Positions 1 through 8,633 of a stretch of DNA of 64,000 nucleotides are shown one piece after another; positions within the stretch are counted from its first letter, which is position 1; every line of letters starts with the position of its first letter. A program made the translations under genes and the position numbers. This DNA is from Bacteroidales bacterium. Lineage in GTDB: Bacteria > Bacteroidota > Bacteroidia > Bacteroidales > Azobacteroidaceae. The DNA lies in NCBI GenBank assembly GCA_031553835.1, contig JAVBKX010000009.1:37300-101299 (forward strand), in the 5' to 3' direction. The notes beneath the pieces are model-generated. The model was not told the origin of the DNA and searched no databases. It was given only the letters and a program-made list of their open reading frames with translations.

Positions 1-135
1 AAAGATGCGGTCTTCTTATTGGAAAGCGCGGGACTGCGAGTCGCTGTATCCGGAAGAGGGACAATATACAGCCAATCGATTACGCCGGGAAGCCGGGTGG
101 TAAAAGGTCAAACTATAGCTATAACATTGAGATAA
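1..135 (+). CDS. ftsI: Penicillin-binding protein (FtsI/PBP3-like), C-terminal end, partial at window edge
   Basis: Frame 1 is open from base 1 to TAA at 133-135 (KDAVFLLESAGLRVAVSGRGTIYSQSITPGSRVVKGQTIAITLR*), a PASTA-like tail. It lies directly upstream of murE, as in dcw clusters. Confidence 0.5.
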   Translation, partial: KDAVFLLESAGLRVAVSGRGTIYSQSITPGSRVVKGQTIAITLR

Positions 136-248
136 TAATATAAATATGTTAAAGACAATGCAACTAAATATAAAGGTACAAAGGCCCAACGTTTTTGTAT
201 TAAATTTTCTTTGTGTTTTCGTGTCTTTTGTTTATAAATTATAGATAT

Positions 249-1694
249 ATGAGATTAAGCAGGTTAATCGCAAGTTTAAATATTTCAATTTCTGTTCCCG
301 ACATTGAAATAAAAGGAGTGGACTCCGATTCAAGGAAAATCCAACCCGGATTTTTGTTTGTTGCTGTTGCCGGAACACAATCCGACGGACATGCTTATAT
401 TGACAAGGCAATTGAAAACGGAGCTGTTGCTGTGGTTTGCCAACAAATACCGGAAGCCCCCCACTCTACCACTATTTTTATTCAGGTTGCAGACAGTGCC
501 AAAGCGCTTGGAATAATTGCTTCGGAATGGAACGACAATCCTTCCCGCCAATTGATTTTGATTGGCGTAACCGGAACCAATGGGAAAACAACCATTGCTA
601 CCTTATTATATAATATCTTTCAAAAATTAGGATACAAAAGCGGACTTATTTCTACTGTTTGCAATTATGTTGGTTCAGAATATATTCCGGCAACGCATAC
701 TACGCCCGATTCCATTGCTTTGAATCAATTGTTGGCACAAATGGCAGATGCCGGTTGTGAATATGCTTTTATGGAAGTCAGTTCGCATGCCGTAGATCAA
801 CAGCGAATCAGCGGTCTGCAATTTAAGGGCGGTATTTTTACCAACCTGACACGCGATCATTTGGATTATCATAAAACATTCGAAGCTTATCGCGATGCTA
901 AAAAGGGATTTTTCGACGCATTACCAAAAGAAGCCTTCGCTCTTACCAATGTCGATGATAAAAACGGAATGTTTATGCTGCAAAATACAGGAGCTAAACA
1001 ATTTACATATTCTTTGCAAACGCTGGCCGATTTCAAAGGGAAAGTCCTGGAATCGCATTTCGACGGAACATTGATGACAATCAACGACCGGGAAGTCGCT
1101 ACCCGTTTTGTAGGACGATTTAATGCCTATAATCTGCTGGCTGTTTATGGCGCTTCTGTTTTATTGGAACAATCTCCGGAAGATATTTTGGTTATTTTGA
1201 GTTCGTTAACCTCCGTTTCCGGACGCTTTCAGACATTACGTTCTCCCGAAGGATATACGGCCATTATCGATTACGCCCACACGCCCGATGCGCTTACCAA
1301 CGTATTGAATGCGATTCATGGCGTATTGGAAGGAGAAGGAAAAGTAATCACAGTAGTCGGTTGCGGTGGAAACCGTGATAAAGGCAAACGTCCTATCATG
1401 GCAAAAGAAGCGGTAAAACTCAGTGATCAGGTTATTTTGACTTCCGATAATCCCCGCTTCGAAGAGCCGCAGGATATTATCAACGACATGGTCGCCGGAT
1501 TAGACATTATTGAAAAGAAAAAAGCATTGTCTATCGTTGACCGTCGCGAAGCCATCAAAACGGCATGTATGCTGGCGCAAAAAGGAGATGTAGTGTTGAT
1601 TGCCGGAAAGGGACACGAAGATTATCAGGAAATCAAAGGTGTAAAACATCATTTTGATGATAAAGAAATTGTACAGGAAATTTTTTTCGGATAA
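249..1694 (+). CDS. murE: UDP-N-acetylmuramoyl-L-alanyl-D-glutamate--2,6-diaminopimelate ligase
   Basis: ORF 213..1694 trimmed to the first ATG at 249 ([10 protein letters not shown]). Mur-ligase P-loop [10 protein letters not shown] and DNPR motif ([11 protein letters not shown]) typical of DAP-adding MurE; dcw context. Confidence 0.93.
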   Translation: MRLSRLIASLNISISVPDIEIKGVDSDSRKIQPGFLFVAVAGTQSDGHAYIDKAIENGAVAVVCQQIPEAPHSTTIFIQVADSAKALGIIASEWNDNPSRQLILIGVTGTNGKTTIATLLYNIFQKLGYKSGLISTVCNYVGSEYIPATHTTPDSIALNQLLAQMADAGCEYAFMEVSSHAVDQQRISGLQFKGGIFTNLTRDHLDYHKTFEAYRDAKKGFFDALPKEAFALTNVDDKNGMFMLQNTGAKQFTYSLQTLADFKGKVLESHFDGTLMTINDREVATRFVGRFNAYNLLAVYGASVLLEQSPEDILVILSSLTSVSGRFQTLRSPEGYTAIIDYAHTPDALTNVLNAIHGVLEGEGKVITVVGCGGNRDKGKRPIMAKEAVKLSDQVILTSDNPRFEEPQDIINDMVAGLDIIEKKKALSIVDRREAIKTACMLAQKGDVVLIAGKGHEDYQEIKGVKHHFDDKEIVQEIFFG

Positions 1695-1708
1695 TACCAA
1701 AAACAGAA

Positions 1709-2545
1709 ATGATTATGGAATCAAACGTTATCAAACATATTGAAATGAAAGGTATCTTTAATCAATATTCCTTGCAATGGGATTTGAATGAAGATGTTAA
1801 TATTCTTGTTGGTATAAATGGTTGTGGAAAAACAACTATCATGCAAAGCATTAATGCTTTGCTTTCCAAAAATTATTCCTTCCTCAATAACAAAAACTCT
1901 GCGCGAAATATCGGGATATATGCAACTTTGAAAAATGGAGAAACTATTTTCTACGACAATACTGTCAAACATGAACCAAAAGAAATCATCAATCACGCAT
2001 TGATTACTACTTTTGATGTTCCTCTAAAGGACAAAACTAAAATAAAACAATCTGAATCTCCTTTAGATAAAGAATTAAAAGATTTATGGTACACATTGGG
2101 TACAGAAGAGCCTTCTTTTTTCAATTACAGACTAAAAACTACCCATTATCCGGAAGAAGCAGATAAAATAAACGCAAGAATACGTCACTTTTTTGATATT
2201 ATTAATAATACTTTTTCAGAAACAAACAAAAAAATTGATATTGCTGTTAACAATGAAATAATTTTCAGAAAAGAGAAAAGCATCATTACTCTTACAAGTT
2301 TATCTTCTGGCGAAAAACAATTTCTATTGATTCTTTTATCAGTATTCTTAATGGAAGAAAGGCCGTATATCCTTTTAATGGATGAACCGGAAATATCGCT
2401 GCATATTAGTTGGCAACAACAATTAATTGATACAATACGAAAATTAAATCCAAACTGTCAGCTTATCATTGCAACACATTCTCCTTCTATTTTTGGAGAT
2501 GGATGGGGAGATAAGATATTTTTTATGGAAGACCTGATTAGTTAA
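1709..2545 (+). CDS. Small ABC-type ATPase (AAA_21/AAA_15-like), AriA-like partner of the downstream DUF4435 protein
   Basis: 278 aa. Walker A GINGCGKTT (aa 35-43), ABC signature LSSGEKQ (198-204), Walker B ILLMDEPE (221-228), H-loop ATHSP (254-258). 14 bp after the murE stop and 7 bp before the next ORF. Visibly AT-rich. Confidence 0.7.
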   Translation: MIMESNVIKHIEMKGIFNQYSLQWDLNEDVNILVGINGCGKTTIMQSINALLSKNYSFLNNKNSARNIGIYATLKNGETIFYDNTVKHEPKEIINHALITTFDVPLKDKTKIKQSESPLDKELKDLWYTLGTEEPSFFNYRLKTTHYPEEADKINARIRHFFDIINNTFSETNKKIDIAVNNEIIFRKEKSIITLTSLSSGEKQFLLILLSVFLMEERPYILLMDEPEISLHISWQQQLIDTIRKLNPNCQLIIATHSPSIFGDGWGDKIFFMEDLIS

Positions 2546-2552
2546 GAGAATA

Positions 2553-3500
2553 ATGAGATTTCAAAGTAAAGATACTTTCTATAAAGATCTTGCTTCCCGC
2601 TATGCGAATGAAGCAAAAATGCTTCGTTGTACTGCTGCAATACATGTAGAAGCAACTTCTGATAAAATCTTTTGGGAGAAAATCTTTAAATATCTTTTGC
2701 CTGAAAAAAAATTCCATTTCATTGCATATACGCAAACCAAAGATAATAAGGAGGCTACAGGCTGTGCCATTTGTCTAAAATATAAAAAATTAGGATACTT
2801 ATCTGACAAATTTTTCATCTGTATCGACAGCGATTACCGGTATTTACTTGAAGAAAAGGGGATCGATGCAAAAAATTTTGTATTTCAAACATATACTTAT
2901 TCGATAGAAAATCATTGGTGTTATCCAGACAATATAAATAGTTTTTTTAACAAATGCGGTTTACAAAATACAAAATTTGATTTTAACCGATTCTTAATCG
3001 ATTATTCAGCAACTTTATATGAATTATTTTTGTATCATCTTTATTCATTGTCGGTTGGCGACAGATTATTTACAAAAGAACAATTTAGAGCTTTCCTGAA
3101 TATTTCCAACCCTTGCTCTGATTCTTCAAGAATGATTAACAAATTAAGGGATACAACCGCCTCTGAATTGGATCGATTAAAAGTATATTATAATAAAAAG
3201 ATACTCCTGAAAGATTTGGAAAATAAATATTATCAATTTGGACTTAAAAAGGAAAATGCCTATTTATATTTTCGAGGTCATAATGTATTTGAGCAAGTTA
3301 TTGTGAGGATTGCAGCTGAAGTAAAAGAAGAATTACAAAAAGAGCAACAAACTCAACGATTATCCAATACAGCAAAGAGAGATTACTATAATAGCAAAAA
3401 ACAAGAAAATTTCATCGCTTATTTTTCCGAAGATTTATGTTTTGACAAATACGAAGAAATAAAAAAAATAGAGAAAGACATTAAAAATCATTTCAAATAA
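2553..3500 (+). CDS. DUF4435-like TOPRIM-domain protein (AriB / OLD-nuclease-like)
   Basis: 315 aa. Ordered motifs HVEATSD (aa 31-37), ICIDSDYRY (89-97) and TYSIENH (115-121) match my recollection of the DUF4435/TOPRIM E..DxD..E pattern. Paired with an ABC ATPase; 14 bp before mraY. Confidence 0.62.
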   Translation: MRFQSKDTFYKDLASRYANEAKMLRCTAAIHVEATSDKIFWEKIFKYLLPEKKFHFIAYTQTKDNKEATGCAICLKYKKLGYLSDKFFICIDSDYRYLLEEKGIDAKNFVFQTYTYSIENHWCYPDNINSFFNKCGLQNTKFDFNRFLIDYSATLYELFLYHLYSLSVGDRLFTKEQFRAFLNISNPCSDSSRMINKLRDTTASELDRLKVYYNKKILLKDLENKYYQFGLKKENAYLYFRGHNVFEQVIVRIAAEVKEELQKEQQTQRLSNTAKRDYYNSKKQENFIAYFSEDLCFDKYEEIKKIEKDIKNHFK

Positions 3501-3514
3501 TATAATTTACAACC

Positions 3515-4774
3515 ATGCTATATTACCTTTTCAACTATCTTGATAAAATAGACTTTCCGGGCGCCGGGATGTTCCAATACATTTCATTCCGTTCGGCCAT
3601 GGCATTGATCTTTTCGTTATTCATTTCTACGCTTATCGGTAGAAAAATCATCGAAAAATTGCAAATGCTTCAAATTGGTGAGATTGTCCGCGACCTCGGA
3701 TTGGAAGGACAAATGAGTAAAAAAGGAACACCTACAATGGGCGGGATCATCATCATTATTTCTATTTTGATTCCGGTATTACTGTTTGCCAAATTGAGTA
3801 ATATCTATATTATCTTAATGATTATCACCACTGTATGGTTGGGAAGCATCGGCTTTTTGGATGATTATATCAAAGTATTCAAAAAAGATAAAGATGGATT
3901 GAGCGGAAAGTTTAAAATTGTGGGACAGGTCGGATTGGGACTGATCGTTGGATTGACATTATATCTGAGTCCGGATGTGATGATGCGCGAAAATACCGAA
4001 GTCGTCAACCACAACGGTGTAATTACGGAAGTGAAACACAGCCCGGCGGTCAAATCTACCAAAACCACCATTCCGTTTTTCAAAAATAATAATTTCGATT
4101 ACCGCAGCCTGGCTTCTTTTATGCCCAAATATCGTACAGCGGCTACCTGGATTATTTTCGTAATCGTTACGATTTTTATTGTAACAGCGGTATCTAACGG
4201 AGCCAATCTGACTGACGGATTAGACGGATTAGCGACAGGAAGCTCGGCCATCATCGGGGTCACATTAGCCGTTTTGGCATACGTTTCGAGTCACGTCGAA
4301 TACGCGGCCTACCTCAATATTATGTACATTCCGAAATGTGAGGAATTGGCCGTATTTGCCAGCGCATTTATCGGAGCTACAGTAGGTTTTCTTTGGTACA
4401 ATGCCTTTCCCGCACAGGTATTCATGGGCGATACCGGTTCATTAACCCTGGGAGGAATTATCGCCGTTTTTGCCATTATCATTCATAAAGAATTGTTGTT
4501 GCCCATTTTATGTGGTATTTTCTTTGTCGAAAGTTTATCGGTAATGATGCAGGTTTCTTATTTCAAATATACCAGGAAAAAAAACGGCACAGGAAAACGA
4601 ATTTTCAAAATGACGCCTTTGCACCATCATTTCCAAAAACCCGGAAATTCGGGAATTGAAGCCATTATTCAAAAACCGCTCCGGGCTATTCCGGAATCAA
4701 AAATAGTAATCCGGTTTTGGCTGATCGGTATCATTTTGGCGGTATTAACCATTGTAACATTAAAAATGAGATAA
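3515..4774 (+). CDS. mraY: Phospho-N-acetylmuramoyl-pentapeptide transferase
   Basis: 419-aa polytopic membrane protein with MraY motifs [10 protein letters not shown] and FMGDTGSL; dcw position. Confidence 0.93.
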   Translation: MLYYLFNYLDKIDFPGAGMFQYISFRSAMALIFSLFISTLIGRKIIEKLQMLQIGEIVRDLGLEGQMSKKGTPTMGGIIIIISILIPVLLFAKLSNIYIILMIITTVWLGSIGFLDDYIKVFKKDKDGLSGKFKIVGQVGLGLIVGLTLYLSPDVMMRENTEVVNHNGVITEVKHSPAVKSTKTTIPFFKNNNFDYRSLASFMPKYRTAATWIIFVIVTIFIVTAVSNGANLTDGLDGLATGSSAIIGVTLAVLAYVSSHVEYAAYLNIMYIPKCEELAVFASAFIGATVGFLWYNAFPAQVFMGDTGSLTLGGIIAVFAIIIHKELLLPILCGIFFVESLSVMMQVSYFKYTRKKNGTGKRIFKMTPLHHHFQKPGNSGIEAIIQKPLRAIPESKIVIRFWLIGIILAVLTIVTLKMR

Positions 4775-4783
4775 TAGTTGCAT

Positions 4784-4841
4784 GTTACAAGTTACGAGTT
4801 ACATACAAGAGACTCGCAACTTGTAACTCGTAACTCGTAAC
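4784..4841. repeat. Heptamer-periodic inverted repeat (GTTACRA x3 ... TCGTAAC x3) in the mraY-murD spacer
   Basis: GTTACAAGTTACGAGTTAC (4784-4802) pairs with GTAACTCGTAACTCGTAAC (4823-4841), 18/19 complementary with a 20-nt loop. It ends 6 nt before the murD ATG. Confidence 0.8.
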
Positions 4842-4847
4842 TATAAT

Positions 4848-6185
4848 ATGAAACGAATCGTAATATTAGGAGGAGGAGAAAGCGGCTCCGGCGCTGCTGT
4901 ACTTGCTAAGAAACAAGGATTTGATGTCTTTGTTTCGGATAAATCTGTTATTCCCGTAAAATACAAAGAATTGCTTGCAAAATACAATATTGAATGGGAA
5001 GAAGGATTGCATTCGGAAGAAAAAATATTAAATGCAGATGAAGTGATAAAAAGCCCCGGAATCCCGGAGAAAGCGCCTATCGTGCAACAATTGAAAGCGT
5101 TAAATATTCCGGTTATTTCAGAAATTGAATTTGCCGGACGATATACCAAGGCTAAAACGATATGCATTACCGGAAGTAACGGCAAAACAACAACTACAAT
5201 GTTGACATTCCACATTTTGAAAAATGCAGGGTTAAATGTCGGCTTAGCCGGAAACGTCGGCGATAGTTTTGCCTTGCAAGTGGCTGAACAAAATTTTGAC
5301 TATTATGTTATCGAATTAAGCAGTTTCCAATTGGATGGCATGTACGATTTCAAAGCTGATATTGCCATTTTATTAAATATAACTCCCGATCATTTAGACC
5401 GGTACGATTACAAAATGCAGAATTATGTGGACTCTAAAATGCGTATTCTGCAAAACCAAACGGCAAAGGAAGCTTTTATTTATTGGAACGACGATCCGAT
5501 TGTTTCGGAAGAAATCCGTAAGCGAAACCCGTCGGTGACTTTATACCCTTTTTCAAAAGATAGAAAAGCAGGAGTAAAAGCTTATACTGAAAATACGCAA
5601 ATTATTATAAATACCTCTAACAACAACACATTCACAATGGAAGAAGATTTAGTAGCTTTAACGGGGATGCACAATCTGTACAACTCGTTGGCTGCAGGGA
5701 TAGCATCAAAACTGCTGGATATTAAAAATGAAGACATCAGAAGGTCGCTCAGCGACTTCAAAGGTGTGGAACACCGGCTGGAGAAGGTGGCGCGTGTACG
5801 GGGAGTCGAATATATCAACGACTCCAAGGCAACCAATGTCAACTCCTGCTGGTATGCGCTGCAAAGCATGCGAAGCCGCGTCGTCCTGATTTTAGGCGGA
5901 ACCGACAAAGGCAATGATTATTCGGAAATAGAAGCTTTGGTAAAAGAAAAATGCTCTGCTTTAATTTTCCTTGGAGTGGACAATTCAAAATTGCACGCTT
6001 TTTTTGATGGAAAAGTTCCTGTTGCCGTCGATGCACGTTCTATGGACGAAGCGGTAAAAAAAGCGTATGAACTCGCTCAATCGGGTGAAACGGTACTATT
6101 GTCGCCCTGTTGCGCCAGCTTCGATTTGTTCAAAAATTATGAAGATCGAGGAGAACAATTTAAACAATGTGTCAGAAGACTATAA
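4848..6185 (+). CDS. murD: UDP-N-acetylmuramoylalanine--D-glutamate ligase
   Basis: N-terminal Rossmann GGGESGSGAA and Mur-ligase P-loop ITGSNGKTTTT; dcw position. Confidence 0.92.
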   Translation: MKRIVILGGGESGSGAAVLAKKQGFDVFVSDKSVIPVKYKELLAKYNIEWEEGLHSEEKILNADEVIKSPGIPEKAPIVQQLKALNIPVISEIEFAGRYTKAKTICITGSNGKTTTTMLTFHILKNAGLNVGLAGNVGDSFALQVAEQNFDYYVIELSSFQLDGMYDFKADIAILLNITPDHLDRYDYKMQNYVDSKMRILQNQTAKEAFIYWNDDPIVSEEIRKRNPSVTLYPFSKDRKAGVKAYTENTQIIINTSNNNTFTMEEDLVALTGMHNLYNSLAAGIASKLLDIKNEDIRRSLSDFKGVEHRLEKVARVRGVEYINDSKATNVNSCWYALQSMRSRVVLILGGTDKGNDYSEIEALVKEKCSALIFLGVDNSKLHAFFDGKVPVAVDARSMDEAVKKAYELAQSGETVLLSPCCASFDLFKNYEDRGEQFKQCVRRL

Positions 6186-6192
6186 TTAAACA

Positions 6193-7464
6193 ATGGATTT
6201 TATAAATAAAATATTTCGTGGCGACCGGGTAATATGGATGATTTTCATGTTCCTCTGCCTCATTTCCATTGTGGAAGTGTATAGCGCCACCAGTACGCTG
6301 ACTTACCGCCAGAATTATTGGGACCCGATTGTACAACATACAATGTATTTGTTGCTTGGATTGGTTTTCGTATTGGGTTTTCACGCTATTTCGCCCAGAT
6401 ATTTTTCATTACTGGCCATTTGTTTACCCTTAGTCTGGCTATTGCTGTTAGCCACCAAAATCATGGGGCAGACAATCAACGGGGCAGACCGCTGGTTGTC
6501 ATTAGGGCCTGTCTCTTTCCAACCTTCCGAAGCTGCCAAATTATGTTTGATTGCAGCCACAGCTTTTCTGCTCGGCAAGAAAAATGATACAAATGTTGAT
6601 AAAACATTCAAATGGATTATGATTGCAGCAGGTGTCACCTGTGGAATTATTGTCATCGACAATTTTTCAACAGCCGGATTACTATTTGCCATTGTTTTCC
6701 TGATGATGTTTATCGGGCAGATTCCTTTCAAAAAATTAGGAAAAATTGTTTTAATCGGCGCTGCAATCTTAATTGTAATGATTGCGGCTATCATGTACCT
6801 TCCCGATAGTGCAGTAAAAGTCGTCCCACGCGCAGCAACCTGGAAAGAACGGATCAAAGATTTTTCCGGCGGTAAGCACGAAACCAAAGATCCTGCAACC
6901 TTCGAAATTACAGATGATAATTACCAGGTATCTCATGCTAAAATTGCTATTTCCGAAGGTCGATTTTTTGGGAAAATGCCGGGAAATAGTCAGGAACGGG
7001 ATTTCTTGCCACAAGCATATTCCGATTTCATTTACGCCATTATTATCGAAGAATTGGGATTAATCGGAGGAATAGGCGTACTATTGTTGTACGTCATCCT
7101 GCTGATACGAACCGGAATCATCGCCAACCGGTGCGATAAATTGTTTCCTAAATACCTGGCGCTGGGTTGCGGACTCATTATGGTTTCTCAGGCCATGATC
7201 AATATGGGAGTTGCCGTAGGATTGATTCCGGTAACGGGACAACCTTTGCCGCTGATCAGCCGGGGAGGAACTTCAACAATCATTACCTGTGTTTATTTTG
7301 GTATTATATTGAGTGTAAGCCGCTTCAATAACCCGAAAGGAATCGAACGGGAAGAAGCAATCGCCCTGGAAGCGGCAATGGAGGCACAAGCCGCCCGCGA
7401 AGCGGAAGCCGCCAGAAAAGCTGCTGAAGAAAATATAGCCCAAATTGATACCTGGGGAACGTAA
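6193..7464 (+). CDS. ftsW: FtsW/RodA/SpoVE (SEDS) family cell-division protein
   Basis: 423 aa, about 10 predicted TM segments, SEDS-like PLPLISRGGTS motif; lies between murD and murG. Ala/Glu-rich C-terminal tail. Confidence 0.88.
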   Translation: MDFINKIFRGDRVIWMIFMFLCLISIVEVYSATSTLTYRQNYWDPIVQHTMYLLLGLVFVLGFHAISPRYFSLLAICLPLVWLLLLATKIMGQTINGADRWLSLGPVSFQPSEAAKLCLIAATAFLLGKKNDTNVDKTFKWIMIAAGVTCGIIVIDNFSTAGLLFAIVFLMMFIGQIPFKKLGKIVLIGAAILIVMIAAIMYLPDSAVKVVPRAATWKERIKDFSGGKHETKDPATFEITDDNYQVSHAKIAISEGRFFGKMPGNSQERDFLPQAYSDFIYAIIIEELGLIGGIGVLLLYVILLIRTGIIANRCDKLFPKYLALGCGLIMVSQAMINMGVAVGLIPVTGQPLPLISRGGTSTIITCVYFGIILSVSRFNNPKGIEREEAIALEAAMEAQAAREAEAARKAAEENIAQIDTWGT

Positions 7465-7506
7465 TGAGTGGAGAATTGAGAATTGAGAGTTGAGAGTTGA
7501 GAATTA
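7465..7506. repeat. Six tandem heptamers (consensus AGARTTG) directly after the ftsW stop
   Basis: TGAGTGG AGAATTG AGAATTG AGAGTTG AGAGTTG AGAATTA, read directly. No complementary arm nearby. Confidence 0.85.
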
Positions 7507-7526
7507 AATATATAACGATTACCTGA

Positions 7527-8627
7527 ATGAAAGTAATTATTAGTGGAGGTGGTACCGGAGGACATATTTTTCCGGCTATTTCGATAGCCAATGCAATGAA
7601 AGCTCGACATCCGGAAACTGATATCCTTTTTATAGGAGCGGAAAACAGGATGGAAATGACCCGGGTTCCTGCGGCTGGATATAAAATCATCGGATTGCCT
7701 ATCATGGGATTCAACCGTAAGAACTTATTTAAAAATGTTGTAGTGGCGTGGAAACTATTGAAATCTATGTCATTAGCCCGGAAAACGTTGCGCCGTTTCA
7801 ATCCCGATATCGTAATAGGTGTGGGAGGGTATGCCAGCGGACCAACATTGAAAGTGGCGAATCAAATGAATATACCGACATTGATTCAGGAACAAAATTC
7901 TTATGCAGGAGTAACTAATAAATTATTGGCGAAAGAAGCCATAAAAATTTGTGTCGCTTATGAAGGCATGGAAGCTTTTTTTCCAAAAAATAAGATTGTC
8001 CTGACCGGAAATCCGGTACGGAATAACCTGGAATTTTCGGAAGCAAAACGAAAGGAAGCCATTGCCGAATTTCAATTAGATCCGGCAAAAAAAACGATTC
8101 TTGTGGTGGGTGGCAGCCTTGGCGCCCGTACAATGAACGACAGCATGATACAAAATTGGGAAAAGTGGCGAAAAGCGACAAATGTACAAGTGATCTGGCA
8201 ATCGGGAAAATATCATTATAACAGTTGTGCTTCGGAAGTGGCTTTACGTCCCGATGCCCCGGTAAAATTGTATGAATTTATTTCGCGGATGGACTTGGCT
8301 TATACGGTTGCAGATGTCATTGTTTCCCGCGCAGGAGCCGGAACAATTTCTGAGCTTTGCATTGTAGGAAAACCGGTTATCTTGATTCCTTCCCCGAATG
8401 TGGCGGAAGATCACCAAACCAAAAATGCCATCAGTTTGGTTCATAAAAATGCTGCTATAATGATTACTGATGACGAAGCGATAACCAAACTCGTCAATAT
8501 GGCATTAGGCTTGATTCAAAATGAAAACAAACAAAAAGAACTCAGTCTGAATATCGCAAAATTAGCATTACCCAATGCTGCGGAACAAATTGTGGATGAG
8601 ATTGAAAAGATATTGAAAATCCGGTAA
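7527..8627 (+). CDS. murG: Undecaprenyldiphospho-muramoylpentapeptide beta-N-acetylglucosaminyltransferase
   Basis: N-terminal GGGTGGHIFPAISIA and C-terminal SRAGAGTISE; dcw position. Confidence 0.92.
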   Translation: MKVIISGGGTGGHIFPAISIANAMKARHPETDILFIGAENRMEMTRVPAAGYKIIGLPIMGFNRKNLFKNVVVAWKLLKSMSLARKTLRRFNPDIVIGVGGYASGPTLKVANQMNIPTLIQEQNSYAGVTNKLLAKEAIKICVAYEGMEAFFPKNKIVLTGNPVRNNLEFSEAKRKEAIAEFQLDPAKKTILVVGGSLGARTMNDSMIQNWEKWRKATNVQVIWQSGKYHYNSCASEVALRPDAPVKLYEFISRMDLAYTVADVIVSRAGAGTISELCIVGKPVILIPSPNVAEDHQTKNAISLVHKNAAIMITDDEAITKLVNMALGLIQNENKQKELSLNIAKLALPNAAEQIVDEIEKILKIR

Positions 8628-8633
8628 CAAAAA

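Noticed and set aside
1695-3514. Absence of murF between murE and mraY read as a deletion caused by the insert.
   Set aside because: To my knowledge Bacteroidota dcw clusters normally lack murF at this position (it is encoded elsewhere). The insert therefore need not have displaced anything. This should be confirmed in the full genome.
6381-7801. Long antisense ORFs 6381..6887 (168 aa) and 7325..7801 (158 aa) opposite ftsW and murG.
   Set aside because: They lie opposite strongly supported dcw genes, their sequence is low-complexity, and the second runs across the heptamer repeat tract.
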